Origin: Octopus sinensis
Taxonomy: Eukaryota
NCBI RefSeq assembly: GCF_006345805.1
Contig: NC_042999.1
Coordinates: 153,078,001 to 153,142,000, forward strand
DNA length: 64,000 nt
Reading direction: 5' to 3'
The notes under the pieces were generated by a model that was not told where the DNA came from, did not search any database, and saw only the letters and a list, made by a program, of their open reading frames with translations. How positions within the stretch are numbered: position 1 is the first letter of the stretch; every line of letters starts with the position of its first letter. Shown here in pieces: positions 36,820 through 50,074 of the stretch. The position numbers and the translations under genes were made by a program.

Positions 36820-37380
36820 AGAAATTAAAATAAAATATAAATTACAAAGTGGGACAAGAACGCAAAAACACACAAAGAGACGACACAAAAAAAACAGACG
36901 GGTCACTCGAAGCCTCTAATCTTCAGTCGGGAACCGGATCATCTTAGTAATTCGGTTGTTTAATCTCGATTTACTCCGACCCGGCCAGCCCCAAGGAAAA
37001 CCAAGCCACAGGCATTGGATTTCTTGGAAAGAGGATCGAATGTATACGAAACAAAGACAGGATGCCACACGAATAGAAATACAAGAAACAAAAATAGAAA
37101 TAAAAAACAGAAATAAAAAACACGAATGGTGGACAGTATATCTATGTTTGTGTGTATCTTCGTGTCTGTGCTTGTCCCTCACCACCGCTTGACAACCGGT
37201 GTTGGTATGTTTACATCCCCGTAACTTAGCAGTTCGGACAAAAGAGACCGACAGAATGAGTACCAGGATTCAAAATATAAGTAACGGGGTTGATTATTTC
37301 GACTAAAAAAAAACAAAAGAAAAAAAAAACTCTCCTCAAGGCGGTGCCCCAGCATGACCGCAGATAAGAAGTGAAAGAAT
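34510..37380 (+). mobile_element. SINE-A fragments at ~34510-34650, ~35195-35400 and ~37135-37380
   Basis: Partial matches to the SINE-A head or 3' half. The span is not one element. Confidence 0.75.
36395..37060. mobile_element. Two diverged copies of a short repeat (family D) in inverted orientation
   Basis: 36395-36620 (+) and ~36850-37060 (-) share TTTTCCTTGG.GCTGGCC.G...CGACTGA.GA...GA.TGACCCGTC. Confidence 0.7.
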
Positions 37381-37779
37381 AAACGACTAAAACAACACCC
37401 AGATGCACCCCCTACCCCGACTCACCAGATACATCCACCCAAAAACCCATCCACCCACCCACCCACCAGATACACATCCTCCCACACACACACACGCACA
37501 CACATACATATAAATTTTAAGTAAACAGTTGTTGATGTGGTAACAATGATACAATATTTGAAAAAAAAAAAAAAAAAAGAGAAGATGTAATTCAAAGATT
37601 AAAAAATATCGGAAGAAATTTGCTAAAACAAAACAACAAAAATCGTCTTTATATCTTTCAACAGATCTTAGTAATGGTTTTTTTCTTTCTTTTTCGTGGA
37701 TATTTGCAAGATAATTCTTCATTTCTAGAAAACTTATTTCAAACGCACACAACTCAAAACACAAGACTCAATACAACGC

Positions 37780-37796
37780 ATGCACGCACGCACACA

Positions 37797-37837
<41 letters not shown>

Positions 37838-37976
37838 CACTCGCACGCACACACACACACACGCACACACACACACACACACACTCGCACGAACACATAC
37901 ACACACACACACATGCACACGCACACACACTCGCACGCACATACACACACACACACACACACGCACCACACTCGCA

Positions 37977-38007
<31 letters not shown>

Positions 38008-38490
38008 CACACACACACACGCACATGCACACGCACACACACTCACACGCCACACTTACACACACACACAACACACACACACGCACACACACCTCGCACC
38101 ACATACACAACACACACCACACACACACACACACATGCACACGCACGCATACACACTCACACCCAGACGCACTCACATACACACACACAAATGTGGACGT
38201 GCACATACACATATACACACAGACGCACACTCATACACACACACACACAAATGTGGACGGCCACATACACACGCACACATACACACACACATAAATGTGA
38301 ACGTCCACATACATACACGCACGCACACACACATACACACACACACACACACACAAATGTGGACGCGCACATACACACACACACACACGCACACATGCAC
38401 ACATACACAGGCACACACACATACACACACAAATGTGGACGTGCACATACACCCCCACCCCCACCCCCCCCCCCACACACTCACACAATA
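37780..38490. repeat. (CA)n-derived cryptic minisatellite
   Basis: Recurrent AAATGTG(G/A)ACG motif, five times in ~38185-38455. Confidence 0.85.
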
Positions 38491-38662
38491 CAAATACATA
38501 CACTCATGTAAACGCAAACACACGTACGGATACACATATTTGTATATGTTAGCTGTGAAGCTGCATAAGAGTCGCAGAAGCTGACAGTTTCGTGGAAATC
38601 GAGTTTGACGAGGAATTAAACAATGACAGCAAAAGCAACAACGATTACTACTACTGCTAATC

Positions 38663-38897
38663 CTTATTTCTTTGCTACCCACAAGGGGCTAAACTTAGAG
38701 GGGACAAACAAGGACAGACAAACGGATTAAGTCGATTACATCGACCCCAGTGCGTAACTGGTACTTATTTAATCGACCCCGAAAGGATGAAAGGCAAAGT
38801 CGACCTCGGCGGAATTTGAACTCAGAACGTAACGGCAGACGAAATACTGCTAAGCATTTCGCCCGGTGTGCTAACGATTCTGCCAGCTCACCGCCTT
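38663..38897 (-). mobile_element. SINE-B, well preserved
   Basis: Close match to 9246 and 30992. Confidence 0.88.
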
Positions 38898-39283
38898 TGC
38901 TAATCCTACCACCATCACCACCACCACCACCAGAACAACGTGGAATAGAAATCTTTGCTCGAAAGCACAACATGCTGCCTGGCCTGGGAATCGAACTCAT
39001 GATGTGACGATCGTGAGTGTAACATCTTAATGGCTAGACCACACGCGCCTTCACACCGCGTGGCCTAGCGGTTACGGCCTAAAGCTAAAAATAACATGTA
39101 AATATTGGGCTGAAAAAAACCTTTTGGAAAAAGCGTAAAGCTGTCCAGTGGGCGCAAACTCACACCTCCTGTGGACATGATGACTATTCTACCATTGTTG
39201 TTATTGTTGCTTAATTAACCACTGGAAATGTGGATGCATATTTCACAGGCAACGTTCGACTTGGGCAAGTGTCTTGTACTATA

Positions 39284-39489
39284 AAGTTAATCTAAACAAG
39301 AAAGCACAAAACAACACAACAACGCGAGGACGTGGAACAAATATAGTATTATTGGACGCTCAGGAAAGAAGGAAAGAAGGAGGGTTTAACGTTTCGAGCG
39401 GAGCTCTTCGTCGGAAACATAGGAGAAGGAAAGATCCAGAGAAGGGAAGACAGAGGAAAAAAAAATCGCCAACAGTACACACGCGGCCA
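39284..39489 (-). mobile_element. HHR family A, copy 2
   Basis: 39384-39418 minus: GTTT-CCGACGA-A-GAGC(TCC)GCTC-GAAACGT-T-AAAC, all stems intact. Confidence 0.78.
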
Positions 39490-39864
39490 CATTTTGAATA
39501 ACCGGAAGGAAATGGGTGAAGAAAAGTTCTTTCAAAGACAGTAGAGTGGTTCTTTCAAAGACAGGAGAGTGGGAGAGGAGGAGGAATGTGTGTGTCAGTG
39601 TGGATATGTGCGTGCGCGGAGGTCTGCGTGTGCGTGTGTGTATGTGTATATGTGTGCAATGATGACACGTGTGTGTGTGTGCGTGTGTGTGTGTATGTGT
39701 GTGTGGTTGTGGCTGTTAATCTTTCCGTGTTGTAGGGCTAGTAGTGTTATGGTCGAGGAAGAAGGAATTGGGAGTGGCTCCTTTTCTCTAGCCTCAAATT
39801 AGCGAAAGCCTTGTGAGTGGATTTGGTTGACAGAAACTGAAAGAAACCCGTTGTTTGTATATCG

Positions 39865-40080
39865 GTCATGACTGACTATGGGATTGCACCTAGAAAATTA
39901 TTCGCTGAGGTACAAGTCCGGGCAAGGTTGTTTATGGAAGACCAGCAGTGGCCCATGCATACCAACCTCCCCTCTCCACGCCACCGATGTTATCCAAGGG
40001 AAAGGCAAAGGGGCCGATACAGCTTGGCACCCGTGACGTCGCAGCTCTTTTCTACAGCTGAGTGAACTGGAGCAACGAAA
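39865..40080 (-). mobile_element. Headless fragment of a further SINE-like repeat
   Basis: Minus strand has CCAGTTCACTCAGCTGTAGAAA, resembling Deu/Nin-type SINE central domains (from memory). Confidence 0.45.
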
Positions 40081-40160
40081 GAAAGAGACCTCGATATTAT
40101 GTAAATAGAGGAATTTATCTGTAAATGTAATTAATATGGGACAATTATTTGGTAGCCATG

Positions 40161-40219
40161 ATAAAACTTTGAGTTTCGGATGCCGAGGTGGAAATCCACG
40201 CCACCATCTCTTCAGTTAT
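40161..40219 (-). ncRNA. Canonical type-I hammerhead ribozyme (family C, copy 2; element ~40085-40225)
   Basis: ATAA-CTGAAGA-GATG..GTGGA(TT)TCCAC..CATC-C-GAAAC-TCAAA-GT-T-TTAT: 4-bp stem I, intact core, stem III ACU(CAA)AGU. Confidence 0.75.
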
Positions 40220-40246
40220 CCGGCCATTGAATATATATATATATAT

Positions 40247-40447
40247 AGTTAATCCCAACATAAAACACAAGAGAAAACACAACAACGCGAGGACGTGGAA
40301 CAAATATAGTATTATTGGATGCTCAGGAAGGAAGGGAAAAGGAGTTTAAGCGTTTCGAGCGGAGCTCTTCGTCAAAACATAGGAAAAGGAAAAGATCCAG
40401 AGAGGGAAGACGGAGAAAAAAATCGCCAACCTTACACACAACGCCGG

Positions 40448-40450
<3 letters not shown>
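40247..40450 (-). mobile_element. HHR family A, copy 3
   Basis: Flanked by (AT)n on both sides. HHR at 40344-40378 is degraded (TTGACGA...GAAACGCT). Confidence 0.75.
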
Positions 40451-40492
<42 letters not shown>

Positions 40493-40635
40493 TAATGGCG
40501 GTGCCCCAGCATGGCCACAGCTCGTGAGCTGAAACTAGATAAAATAAATTATATATATATATGTACACAGACAGACAGACAGACAGACATATAGTAGATA
40601 GATAGATAGATCGATAGATAGACAGATAGATAGAT

Positions 40636-41745
40636 AAGTTTCTTTATTGGCCCCACAGGGCTGCACACAGATGGGACAAGTTACAAGGTAGAGCTTTTCT
40701 TTGGGGGATGAAAAAACAAAAAACAAAGGAACAAAAAAAAGGGGTGGCGATTAGATAGATAGATAGATAGATAGATGATATATAGATATAGATAGATATG
40801 TAGTCTTTAGTAGCATCACATGGCTGCACACAGATAGAACAAATTAAATGTAAGCTTTCTTTTGAAGGTATTAAAAAAAAAAAAAAAAAAAAAAAGGGGG
40901 GAGGTTCGATCAAAAGGGATCGTAAAAGGAGAGAAAGAGGACAAAAATAAGGGGGTTAAAAAAAAAAAAAAAAAAAAAAAGGGGGGGAGAAGGGAAAAAA
41001 AATATCAATAGGGATCGTTATCACAGAAATGTCAATATGAAGTGTAAAGGGAGGACAGGTGAGGTTTACCCGTGGAAAGAAAAGCCTGTGCGGAAAGACC
41101 ACGGTAACCTCGGTCAATGAAGTCACATTTTATATTTCTTTTTTTTTTTTTTTTTTTTTTTTTGCAATAAGCAACTCTCTGTTTTCGATTTCTGTTTCAT
41201 AGGACTATGCTCAAGGTGGCTTCGTCATTCATACGTGCCATTCTTGCTACATTCACCCATCTTTTTTAAAAAACATTCGCTAGACAAAACTTGCCTCTCT
41301 ACTCTCACTTTCCTTTTCAGTGGTACTTGAAGAAGTTGATGAGAGATTGACCAGAGAGGAAAGTGTTTTGTCTCCAATCCTTTCAGACGCGTCCACCAGA
41401 TACATTCTTTCGCCATAGCCACAAGGATGATGAAAATAGCTCTTTCCTTCCCGTTTGAAGGAAGGAGGCGTGACAATATTGACGATAGACTCAGCTGATA
41501 AACGACTCGTCCAACACGTGACAGCAGTTGTTCGACTAAGCCCACAGGTCGGAAATTGTTGGACACTGAACGAGTGCGTGCAGAACGGTTTCGTCGCTCT
41601 TCCCGCATCTCGGCAGGTCGGGCGCCCGTGTTTCTCGAGCCGTGTCTGTAGAGCTTATCCCGAACGTAGCGCTTCTCGGTGCACTGCCAGGCCGGGATCT
41701 CTGGAAGTTGCCATGGGCCTGGCCCGAAAGTCCGCCCGATAGTAG
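40636..41745 (-). mobile_element. Tx1/L1-like LINE 3' portion with two 3' termini in (TATC)n
   Basis: Frameshifted AWQC..VRDKLYRHG / PRCGKSDETVLHALVQCPTISDLWA / EQLLSRVGR (zf-RVT CCHC-type region). 3' ends at ~40800 and 40636, each followed by TATC repeats. Confidence 0.8.
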
Positions 41746-42240
41746 TAGAGGAATGGCTATCAAGCTGTGGTGGAAGACAAACACACACACACACAAAAAA
41801 AGGATATTTCAGCCCAATATATTAGTATACACGATATATTTCCATGCTTAGATATCGAAAACTTCACCACCATAGTATCTGGGTAGTTTCACGCGACCGG
41901 TCGTTGAGAATTTGATCCAAATTACGTCAATATGACTTTAAAGTTCCCATTATGCTCAGTAAACATGGCGTAACTCATATGGTGAAGTGTAACAAATATC
42001 TCGTAGTGTGTGTATGTGTGGTGGGGAGAGATGTGAAGTGTGAGGGGTAGGAGTAAATAAAAGTAAATTTAATTCATATGCTCGTTCAATAAAGTATATA
42101 GCAGAAGGTAGCGGAGTTAATTAACTTGCATATTTAATGATCCGTCTTAATTAAAATCAGCTAAAACGAAACATGTTTTAAGAGGTAAATCACAAGTAAT
42201 AATAAATGAATTTACTTTTCTCACTTATATTAAGCGTGGA

Positions 42241-42278
<38 letters not shown>

Positions 42279-42293
42279 TATATATAATATATC

Positions 42294-42363
<70 letters not shown>

Positions 42364-42615
42364 TACATACATACATACACACACAATATGTATTATGTGT
42401 GTGTATGTATATATACACACATATATATCCATATATATAGACATATATACTATATAATATATGCATTTGTACTTATATACTTACATAAATATACGACTAC
42501 ATATATTAGTATATGTATGTTTATGTGTACATGTATATATATGTGTGTGTGTGTATATATACACAGAAGTACATATATACATGTATATACATATAGAATA
42601 AATATAGATATTTAA

Positions 42616-42664
<49 letters not shown>

Positions 42665-43294
42665 TATATATACACATATATATATACACATACACACGTA
42701 TGTATATACAGATGCCATGTATACACACATACATGTCAATGTTAATATCGTTTTCGTGTTGGCTGCTGGTGGGCGTGGTGATGGTGGTGGTTGTTGTGGT
42801 GGTTTCGGTGCTGGTTGTGGTAGTGGTGGTGATGGTGGTGGTGGTGGTGGTTGCCATTTGTCACAAACGTCTTTAAGTAATAAATCATTCCTCCGCAATG
42901 ATAGATTTAGAAAAAAAAAAAAAATTAAAACAGATAGCTATATAAACGTTAAAATACATTTAAAATATAGTTTAAGAAAATGGCGAAAAATATAAACAAA
43001 AACGAGCGAAGAAAAGAAAGGAAAAATAATCTCTGTGTATTAACAACTAATTTTTAATTCTTTCTCAATCTTTGAACATTTGGTATGTATGGTAAAATAT
43101 AATTCTTGTGGTATTTGTTGCACAGACCAACCTTGTCTATGTATAATGAAGAAACAAAAAGCAAGAAAATAAATCCTGGTTTTCTGTGGCCTTGAGAGAT
43201 ATTTCATAAAGGCTATAAGACTGTTTTTTAAGTTTTTTTAAGTATTGGAAGAAGAAAGGGCAATATTCACTAAAAGAAAGCAAAAAAAAAAAAT

Positions 43295-44075
43295 CAAGCC
43301 TCTGCGAGAAGAGTAAAGTGAGAGAGAGAGAGAGAGAGGATAGGGAGACAGTAGGAGTGAGAAGAGATAGGGAGAGAGGAGAAGAAGGGATGGAGAGAGA
43401 GAATGGGAGGAGAGAGAGAAAGGGAGGGAGAGAGAGAAGGGGAGGAAGATTGGAAGAGAGAGGAAGAAAGAGAGAAAAGGAAGAAAAGTGGAAGAGAGAG
43501 AAAAGGTAGAAAAGTGGAAGAGAGAGGAAGAGAAAGAGAGAGAGAAAAGTAGGAAAAGTGGGAGAGGGAGAGAGAGAAAGAGAGAGAGAGAGAGAAAGGG
43601 AGGAAAAGTGGAAGAGATAGGATCAGAGAGAAAGAGAGAAAAAGTGTAAAAGAGAGGAAGGGAGAGAGAGAGAGAGAGATGATGAGATAGAGAGAGAGAG
43701 AAATGCGGGCTGAGAGAAGCAAACAAGAGAGAGATGAGAGAAAATGAAATTGGTAGTGAGTTTGACGAGAGAAAGAAAGAGAGATGAAGAGTGAGAGAGA
43801 CAAAGACAGAGTGAGAGAGAGAGAAAGACAGAGAAAATGAACAGAGAGAGGGAGAGGAAAAGAGAGAGTAAGAAAGAAAGAAATTCACAAATGCAGAAGA
43901 AAAGAAAGAGAAGCGACAAATTTAGAGAGAAAGATTAAAACAGATACTGAGGGAGTGAGAGAGAGAGAGAGAATCAGAGAGAGACAGAGAAAGATAGAGT
44001 GAGAGGGAGAGGAGAGAAAGAAAGAAGAGAGAAAAAAGGAGAGAGAGAAATGTTGAGAGAAGGAAAGAAATGGAG
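43295..44075. repeat. ~780-bp polypurine (GA-rich) tract
   Basis: Directly visible. Confidence 0.95.
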
Positions 44076-44360
44076 CGAGAGTGTTGTTTCAAATTTCGTT
44101 TGAACTGTAATTTACTTCATTTTCGCTGTCAAAAAAACCTGACGAAAAGAAAATCTAAGAAGCTTAAGAATTGGGAACTCTCAAACAATTAGAAGCACCA
44201 ATTTCCAGTATGTACTTATGTATATATGTATATATACTTTATTTTGGGGTTAACAAGGCTACCATTGGTTTCATGTCGAGAGAAAATTTCCTAGCAATTG
44301 TCAAGACTGCCACATGAACGCTGGCACTCGTTTCCATTTTGGATATTTATTTTATATTAC

Positions 44361-44542
44361 GGATCTTTTCCTTTTGATGGACGGAATTTTCTAGTTAACT
44401 CAACAATTTGAAACTTCGTATACTGGTAGAATGTGTCAAAAGAAAACAATATTGTAAACAAAATTGAAAACAAAATTATAATTTGTAAGTTTAACGTAGT
44501 TTAATTCTTCGAATTTTAACCGTCCATCAAAAGGAAAAGATC

Positions 44543-44543
<1 letters not shown>
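44361..44543. mobile_element. MITE with perfect 24-bp TIRs
   Basis: GGATCTTTTCCTTTTGATGGACGG (44361-44384) / CCGTCCATCAAAAGGAAAAGATCC (44520-44543). Confidence 0.8.
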
Positions 44544-44584
<41 letters not shown>

Positions 44585-44873
44585 AATCCATATACATACA
44601 ATAGAGAGATGCTTTTGTTTCACTTTTAACACGCATTACTGAAATAGTGGAGAAGATGTGATATTGTTGTGGGCTCGCCCTAGGCACTACATGGACCCTA
44701 AGTAAGGCATGTGTAAAATTTGAATGAAATTGGTTGTGTAGTTCTCAAGTTTTAGGGATTCACACAGACAGACAGACACACATTCTCAGTTTTATATATA
44801 TATAGATTATACATATTATATCTATCTATCTATCTATCTACCTATCTATCTATTTTGTCTATATATCTATCTG

Positions 44874-44956
<83 letters not shown>

Positions 44957-45402
44957 ATATATCTATCTGTCTATATATCTGTCTGTATAAAAAGATAAAT
45001 TAAATATAGAGATATTCTATTGACAATCCAATAATTTATTTATATTACAATATTACATTAAGTACTATGAATATAATTTTCTCAAAGCAACTTGTCCGAC
45101 CGTCTCATAGGCCTTCCCTTTGAGAAACACTAATTTAACCTAAATTTGAGACACCAGCAAAAGAAGAAATAAAGATAGACTTTTTTCTATTCCAAGGAAA
45201 ACGATTTTACAAATGCACGTTCACACAGCTTTATCGATCGCATTCTCACCTGGACTCGATTTTTGTAATTTTTTCAAGACTTATGCACGCCCTGACACCT
45301 TCAATATCTATATATCAAATTTGAGCGCAATCAGATGGAGAGTGCCCGAGATCCTAGAAGACACACACACAGACAGACAGAACGGATTTTATATAATAGA
45401 TA

Positions 45403-45781
45403 TACAAAACCAGTTCCAACAATATTTTTTGTTTATCAATGTTAAAAGTTTATAATTAAAAAAACATCTTTAAAAGTTTCAATGTTGACAAATTAAAATG
45501 TTTCAATGTTAACAAACCAAAATCTTTCAATTTTGACAAATTAAAATGTTTCAATTTTGAAAAATTAAGATGCTCAAAACAGAAGATGTAAGTTTGAATG
45601 TTCGTAGCAATAAAATTAAAACGCTATGAACATTCAAACTTAGAGCTTCAGTTTTGAACATGTTAATTTATCAACGTTTAAATGTTTTAATTTATCAATA
45701 TTGTCACTTTTAAAGATGTTTTTTCTAAGTTTAAACTTTTACCATTGATAAACAAAAAATTCTGTTGGAACTAGTTTGGTA
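45403..45781. mobile_element. Fold-back (hairpin) MITE
   Basis: Arms pair along nearly their whole length around a ~14-nt loop (AAGTTTGAATGTTCGTAGC / GCTATGAACATTCAAACTT). TA-flanked, with internal ~22-bp subrepeats. Confidence 0.8.
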
Positions 45782-45907
45782 TATATGTAAATAAATGTAT
45801 TTCAAACATTTACGAGTCTTTGAAATTTAGGTGCATTTTCAACAACACATTTTCCTATATTTTTTTCCTGCGTGGAAACACCACCCCTTTTGTTATTTGT
45901 ATATGTG

Positions 45908-46000
<93 letters not shown>

Positions 46001-46268
46001 ATCTATATCTCTATCTATATCTCTATATCTCAATCTATATCTCTATATCTCTATCTATATCTCTATATCTCTATCTATATCTATATCTCTTCTATCTATC
46101 TCTATATCTCTATTTATATCTCTATATCTCTATTTATATCTCTATATCTCTATTTATATCTCTATATCTCTATCTATATCTCTATATTTCTATCTATATA
46201 TATCTCTCTCTATCTAATATTATATATATATCTCTATCTCTCTCTATCTCTCTATCTCTCTCTCTCTC

Positions 46269-46303
<35 letters not shown>

Positions 46304-46324
46304 CTATATATATATATATATATA

Positions 46325-46537
46325 CAGTCAGGCGCAAAAGTAGGTTTACAGTTATCACGTAGGCACTTTAAATTTCTTTTAAAGCATATTATTACATTTA
46401 CATTTCTAATTAACAATTAACTAAATTAGCATAGAATAGTGCTTTCATATTTTTTTTATAATTAAGATCTAAACTGTTAATATATGAATGTGAAAGAGAT
46501 AGTTGAATAACTGTGAACCAACTTTTGGGCCACCCTG
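46325..46537. mobile_element. Tc1/mariner-type MITE
   Basis: Imperfect ~31-bp TIRs (CAG..GGC.CAAAAGT.GGTT.ACAGTTAT) flanked by TA. Confidence 0.7.
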
Positions 46538-46581
<44 letters not shown>

Positions 46582-46642
46582 CATATGCACACACACATAT
46601 ACAATCAGACGTATACAAACACACACGCACATACATATATAA

Positions 46643-46738
<96 letters not shown>

Positions 46739-47041
46739 TTATATATCTACAGACATCGACATATAGAGAGGTAGACACAGAGAAACGCAAAAAACGCGTG
46801 CCCGCGCACACACAGACACACACATTTCTTTAACATCTGTCGCAGAATCGAACATCATATATGATGGCCAACGCGCGCACATATACACACTCATGCACAC
46901 ATACACACACACACACGCACTCACACACACATTTCTGTCTTATATGTCTTTACGTTTTATTATATATTATATCAAAAATAAATCTCTTAATCAAATAACA
47001 ATAAACAAAAGTCAAAGTTGCAATAAAATCAGGAAAAACAT

Positions 47042-47076
<35 letters not shown>

Positions 47077-47414
47077 AGAAAAAAAGAATAAGAACAAAAA
47101 AATAACAACAGCAAAAAAAAAACTAACCCATAAAAGTGTCACATGATTGTAAATAGAGGTTTACAAGTAGACAAACACTTTGAAATCGATAACTTCAAGA
47201 AAGGAGGATGTATGAAGGGGAGATAATAAATTTGCACCGATGACAATGGTTGGCATTTTGTGACAGTAAGAGACAATGGGTGACAACAATTGACATTGGA
47301 CGAGATATGAATGGAACTGTCAGCCATGATTTGCCTTAGAACTGTGCTCAGAATTGACACATTTATTTTTTTGTACCAGCTTTAGTAATCTGCATATGCG
47401 TTTCTGCCTGTCTG

Positions 47415-47445
<31 letters not shown>

Positions 47446-47672
47446 GTATATAAGATATATTAATATATAAGTCATGTATATGTATATATAATATATATAT
47501 ATACACATTTGTGTGTGTTTGTGTATATATATAACTTATAAACAAGGGCAAAAGAAAAATTATTTCTATGCCAATATGCTGAGAACAGACATTAAATTTA
47601 TATATATATATACATACACACATATATATATATACCTACCTTATGTATTTATGTATATATATATAGATATAT

Positions 47673-47720
<48 letters not shown>

Positions 47721-50023
47721 TATACCTTATTATTATTTATGTATATATATCTATATATATATATATATATCTCTATATATATATACATATATGTATTTAT
47801 GTATGCATCGATATAGATGTGTGTGTATGTATCTATCTATATATATATATACATACGCATATGTACATACATACACATACACGTGCGCTGTGTGTGGTGT
47901 GTGTGTGCGTGCGCGGGCAGAATGTATATTACCTGACACCCGAGCAGTTCGAAGCATAAATCTATTTAAATAAATATGATATCACCAGGACATGAACGAA
48001 CTTTTGTTTGACTTTTTTGTTCACCGGATTGTCACGAAGTTATCTTCATCGGATTTAATTTTTTTTATGTGTGCAAAGAGTTTATCTAATAAAAGTAAAT
48101 AAAACGTCAGGTTTAGAGCGATAATATAATGATAAAGAAGTAGAGCTAAGACGAGGAGTGGTACTTGAAGGAAAAAAACAATCAAGTTATATATATACAG
48201 TAGAATAAATACGTATGCATAATCTATATCTTCTGTCGACGCAGAATAGATATTTCCGGTAATAAAAAATTATATGCGCCCGATACTGTCATCAACGGAT
48301 GAGAAAGAAAGTGCTAACTTAACTCCACTGGTTATAAGCACTCGGATAATCAAATCGGGTTATAAAGTAATATCGAAGACACAAACACATATATATTTTC
48401 ATTGCCTGAAACAGCACTACAAATTGTTACTTGAACAGTCCAATTTCGTAAATTAATTTTGAATTATAGTTGAAATTATCAATTTGAAAATTCCAGTATT
48501 CTTTGTAAGGAATTTCTCAGATAAATTGGTTGAATTTTAATCACGCACCCTCATTAATGAAAAACGAATTTCGTAACATAGACAAAATTTTCCCAAATGG
48601 CCGTAGATACTAAATGCTATTCAACTGGAACGACGCTGAAGTTAGCTACAACTTAACAAGAAACAATAAACAACATCCAAACCACATACAATATTATATT
48701 TTAAATCCCAGCTCGCTAACCTAAAACAAATATAATTGCATCGGATCGAAGCCATATATACTAATTGCCTCCTTGGAAGTAATCTACAGTACAGGAGCAA
48801 GGATAAATAGTTAATACTATTTTAGGTTTGTAAGTGATGGGTTTAAAGCCAGATACGCACAACATACATACTTATTCCACAATTAAAAAAATATATAAAT
48901 ATTGACATTTCAATAAAATGACTTTTTCGGTTTGATGTAGAAAATTATTTAAATATAAATATGAGCTGGGTAATGATAGAGACCCACTCCTTATATGAAT
49001 TCTTTCAGGATTTGCAACTCGTGTTCAACAGTATGATGTAATTAGGCAAGAATGTCTTCCTGGCTGACCAGAAGATATGAGTTAGTATCATGTTACCAAC
49101 ACCAAAATAAATTACATTTTTTGGTGGGGGAAAACAAAAAAGATTTCTGACTTTATTGTGAACAAGATAAATTTTCGATGACAACATCAACGGAAATAAC
49201 AATAGAGCAACATCGATACCGTCACCAAGGTAACAACAAAACTAATTAGCCACAAAAAAGAATGATAGTTCAGAGTCACCATTTATAAAATCAACCGATC
49301 CCCATAGAATATATCAAAAACATCTTTAGCAAATTCAGATTAAAAAATATCGATTTATGGAGTAAAGAATCACCAAATAAGATATAAGTGAGGCAGCCGA
49401 CAAGCTGCTACAGGACAAATGGGGAAACATGGAAAGAATAGTTATAAAACAAATAAAGAACTCAGGCATAAAAGCCCGTAGCAAAACAGGAAACGATTAT
49501 GCAATTAATCAACTAGCGAAAGATCGACCACTGAACTAACCAACGGGAAACGAAATACAAGAAGTAATTTCTGGAACAAAATAAGAAAACAAACAAACGA
49601 AACCAACAAAGAGAACAGAAACAAGTTCAGATGAACGGAATCCGAAAAGATATATAATAGAGAATCCCAAAGTATAAAAGAAAAGAATAAACAATGAACA
49701 GCAATTATAGAGAGAATCCATAACAAAGAACAATATAAAACTGACACCGAAAAAACATAGTTTCAGATAAATATATATACCCGTTTCACTATATACATGT
49801 AGCCCTCTATATTATCGAAAGAAGATAGCTTTGGCCTGAAGATCGTGGTGGAGAGCACTTACACATTGCATGAGCTTCTCCATTCCGCTTTTCCTGACAA
49901 ACTGTTGCATCAGAGTTGTCAGACGTTGGAACACTGTCTACGTGTCCGAACATCTGACCATTTGACAAGGTGTGCGTGTCCTATACCCACGAACATTTAA
50001 GTAATGTGCAGCAAGTCTAATTG

Positions 50024-50074
<51 letters not shown>

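Noticed and set aside
49005-49070. Possible exon TTTCAG|GATTTGCAAC... (GFATRVQQYDVIRQECLPG*)
   Set aside because: Short, no recognisable family, and gives an early stop if spliced to the candidate exon at 16795.
49200-49760. Decayed LINE ORF1-like coding remnant
   Set aside because: Plus-strand frames look protein-like but contain stops and no motif I can name.
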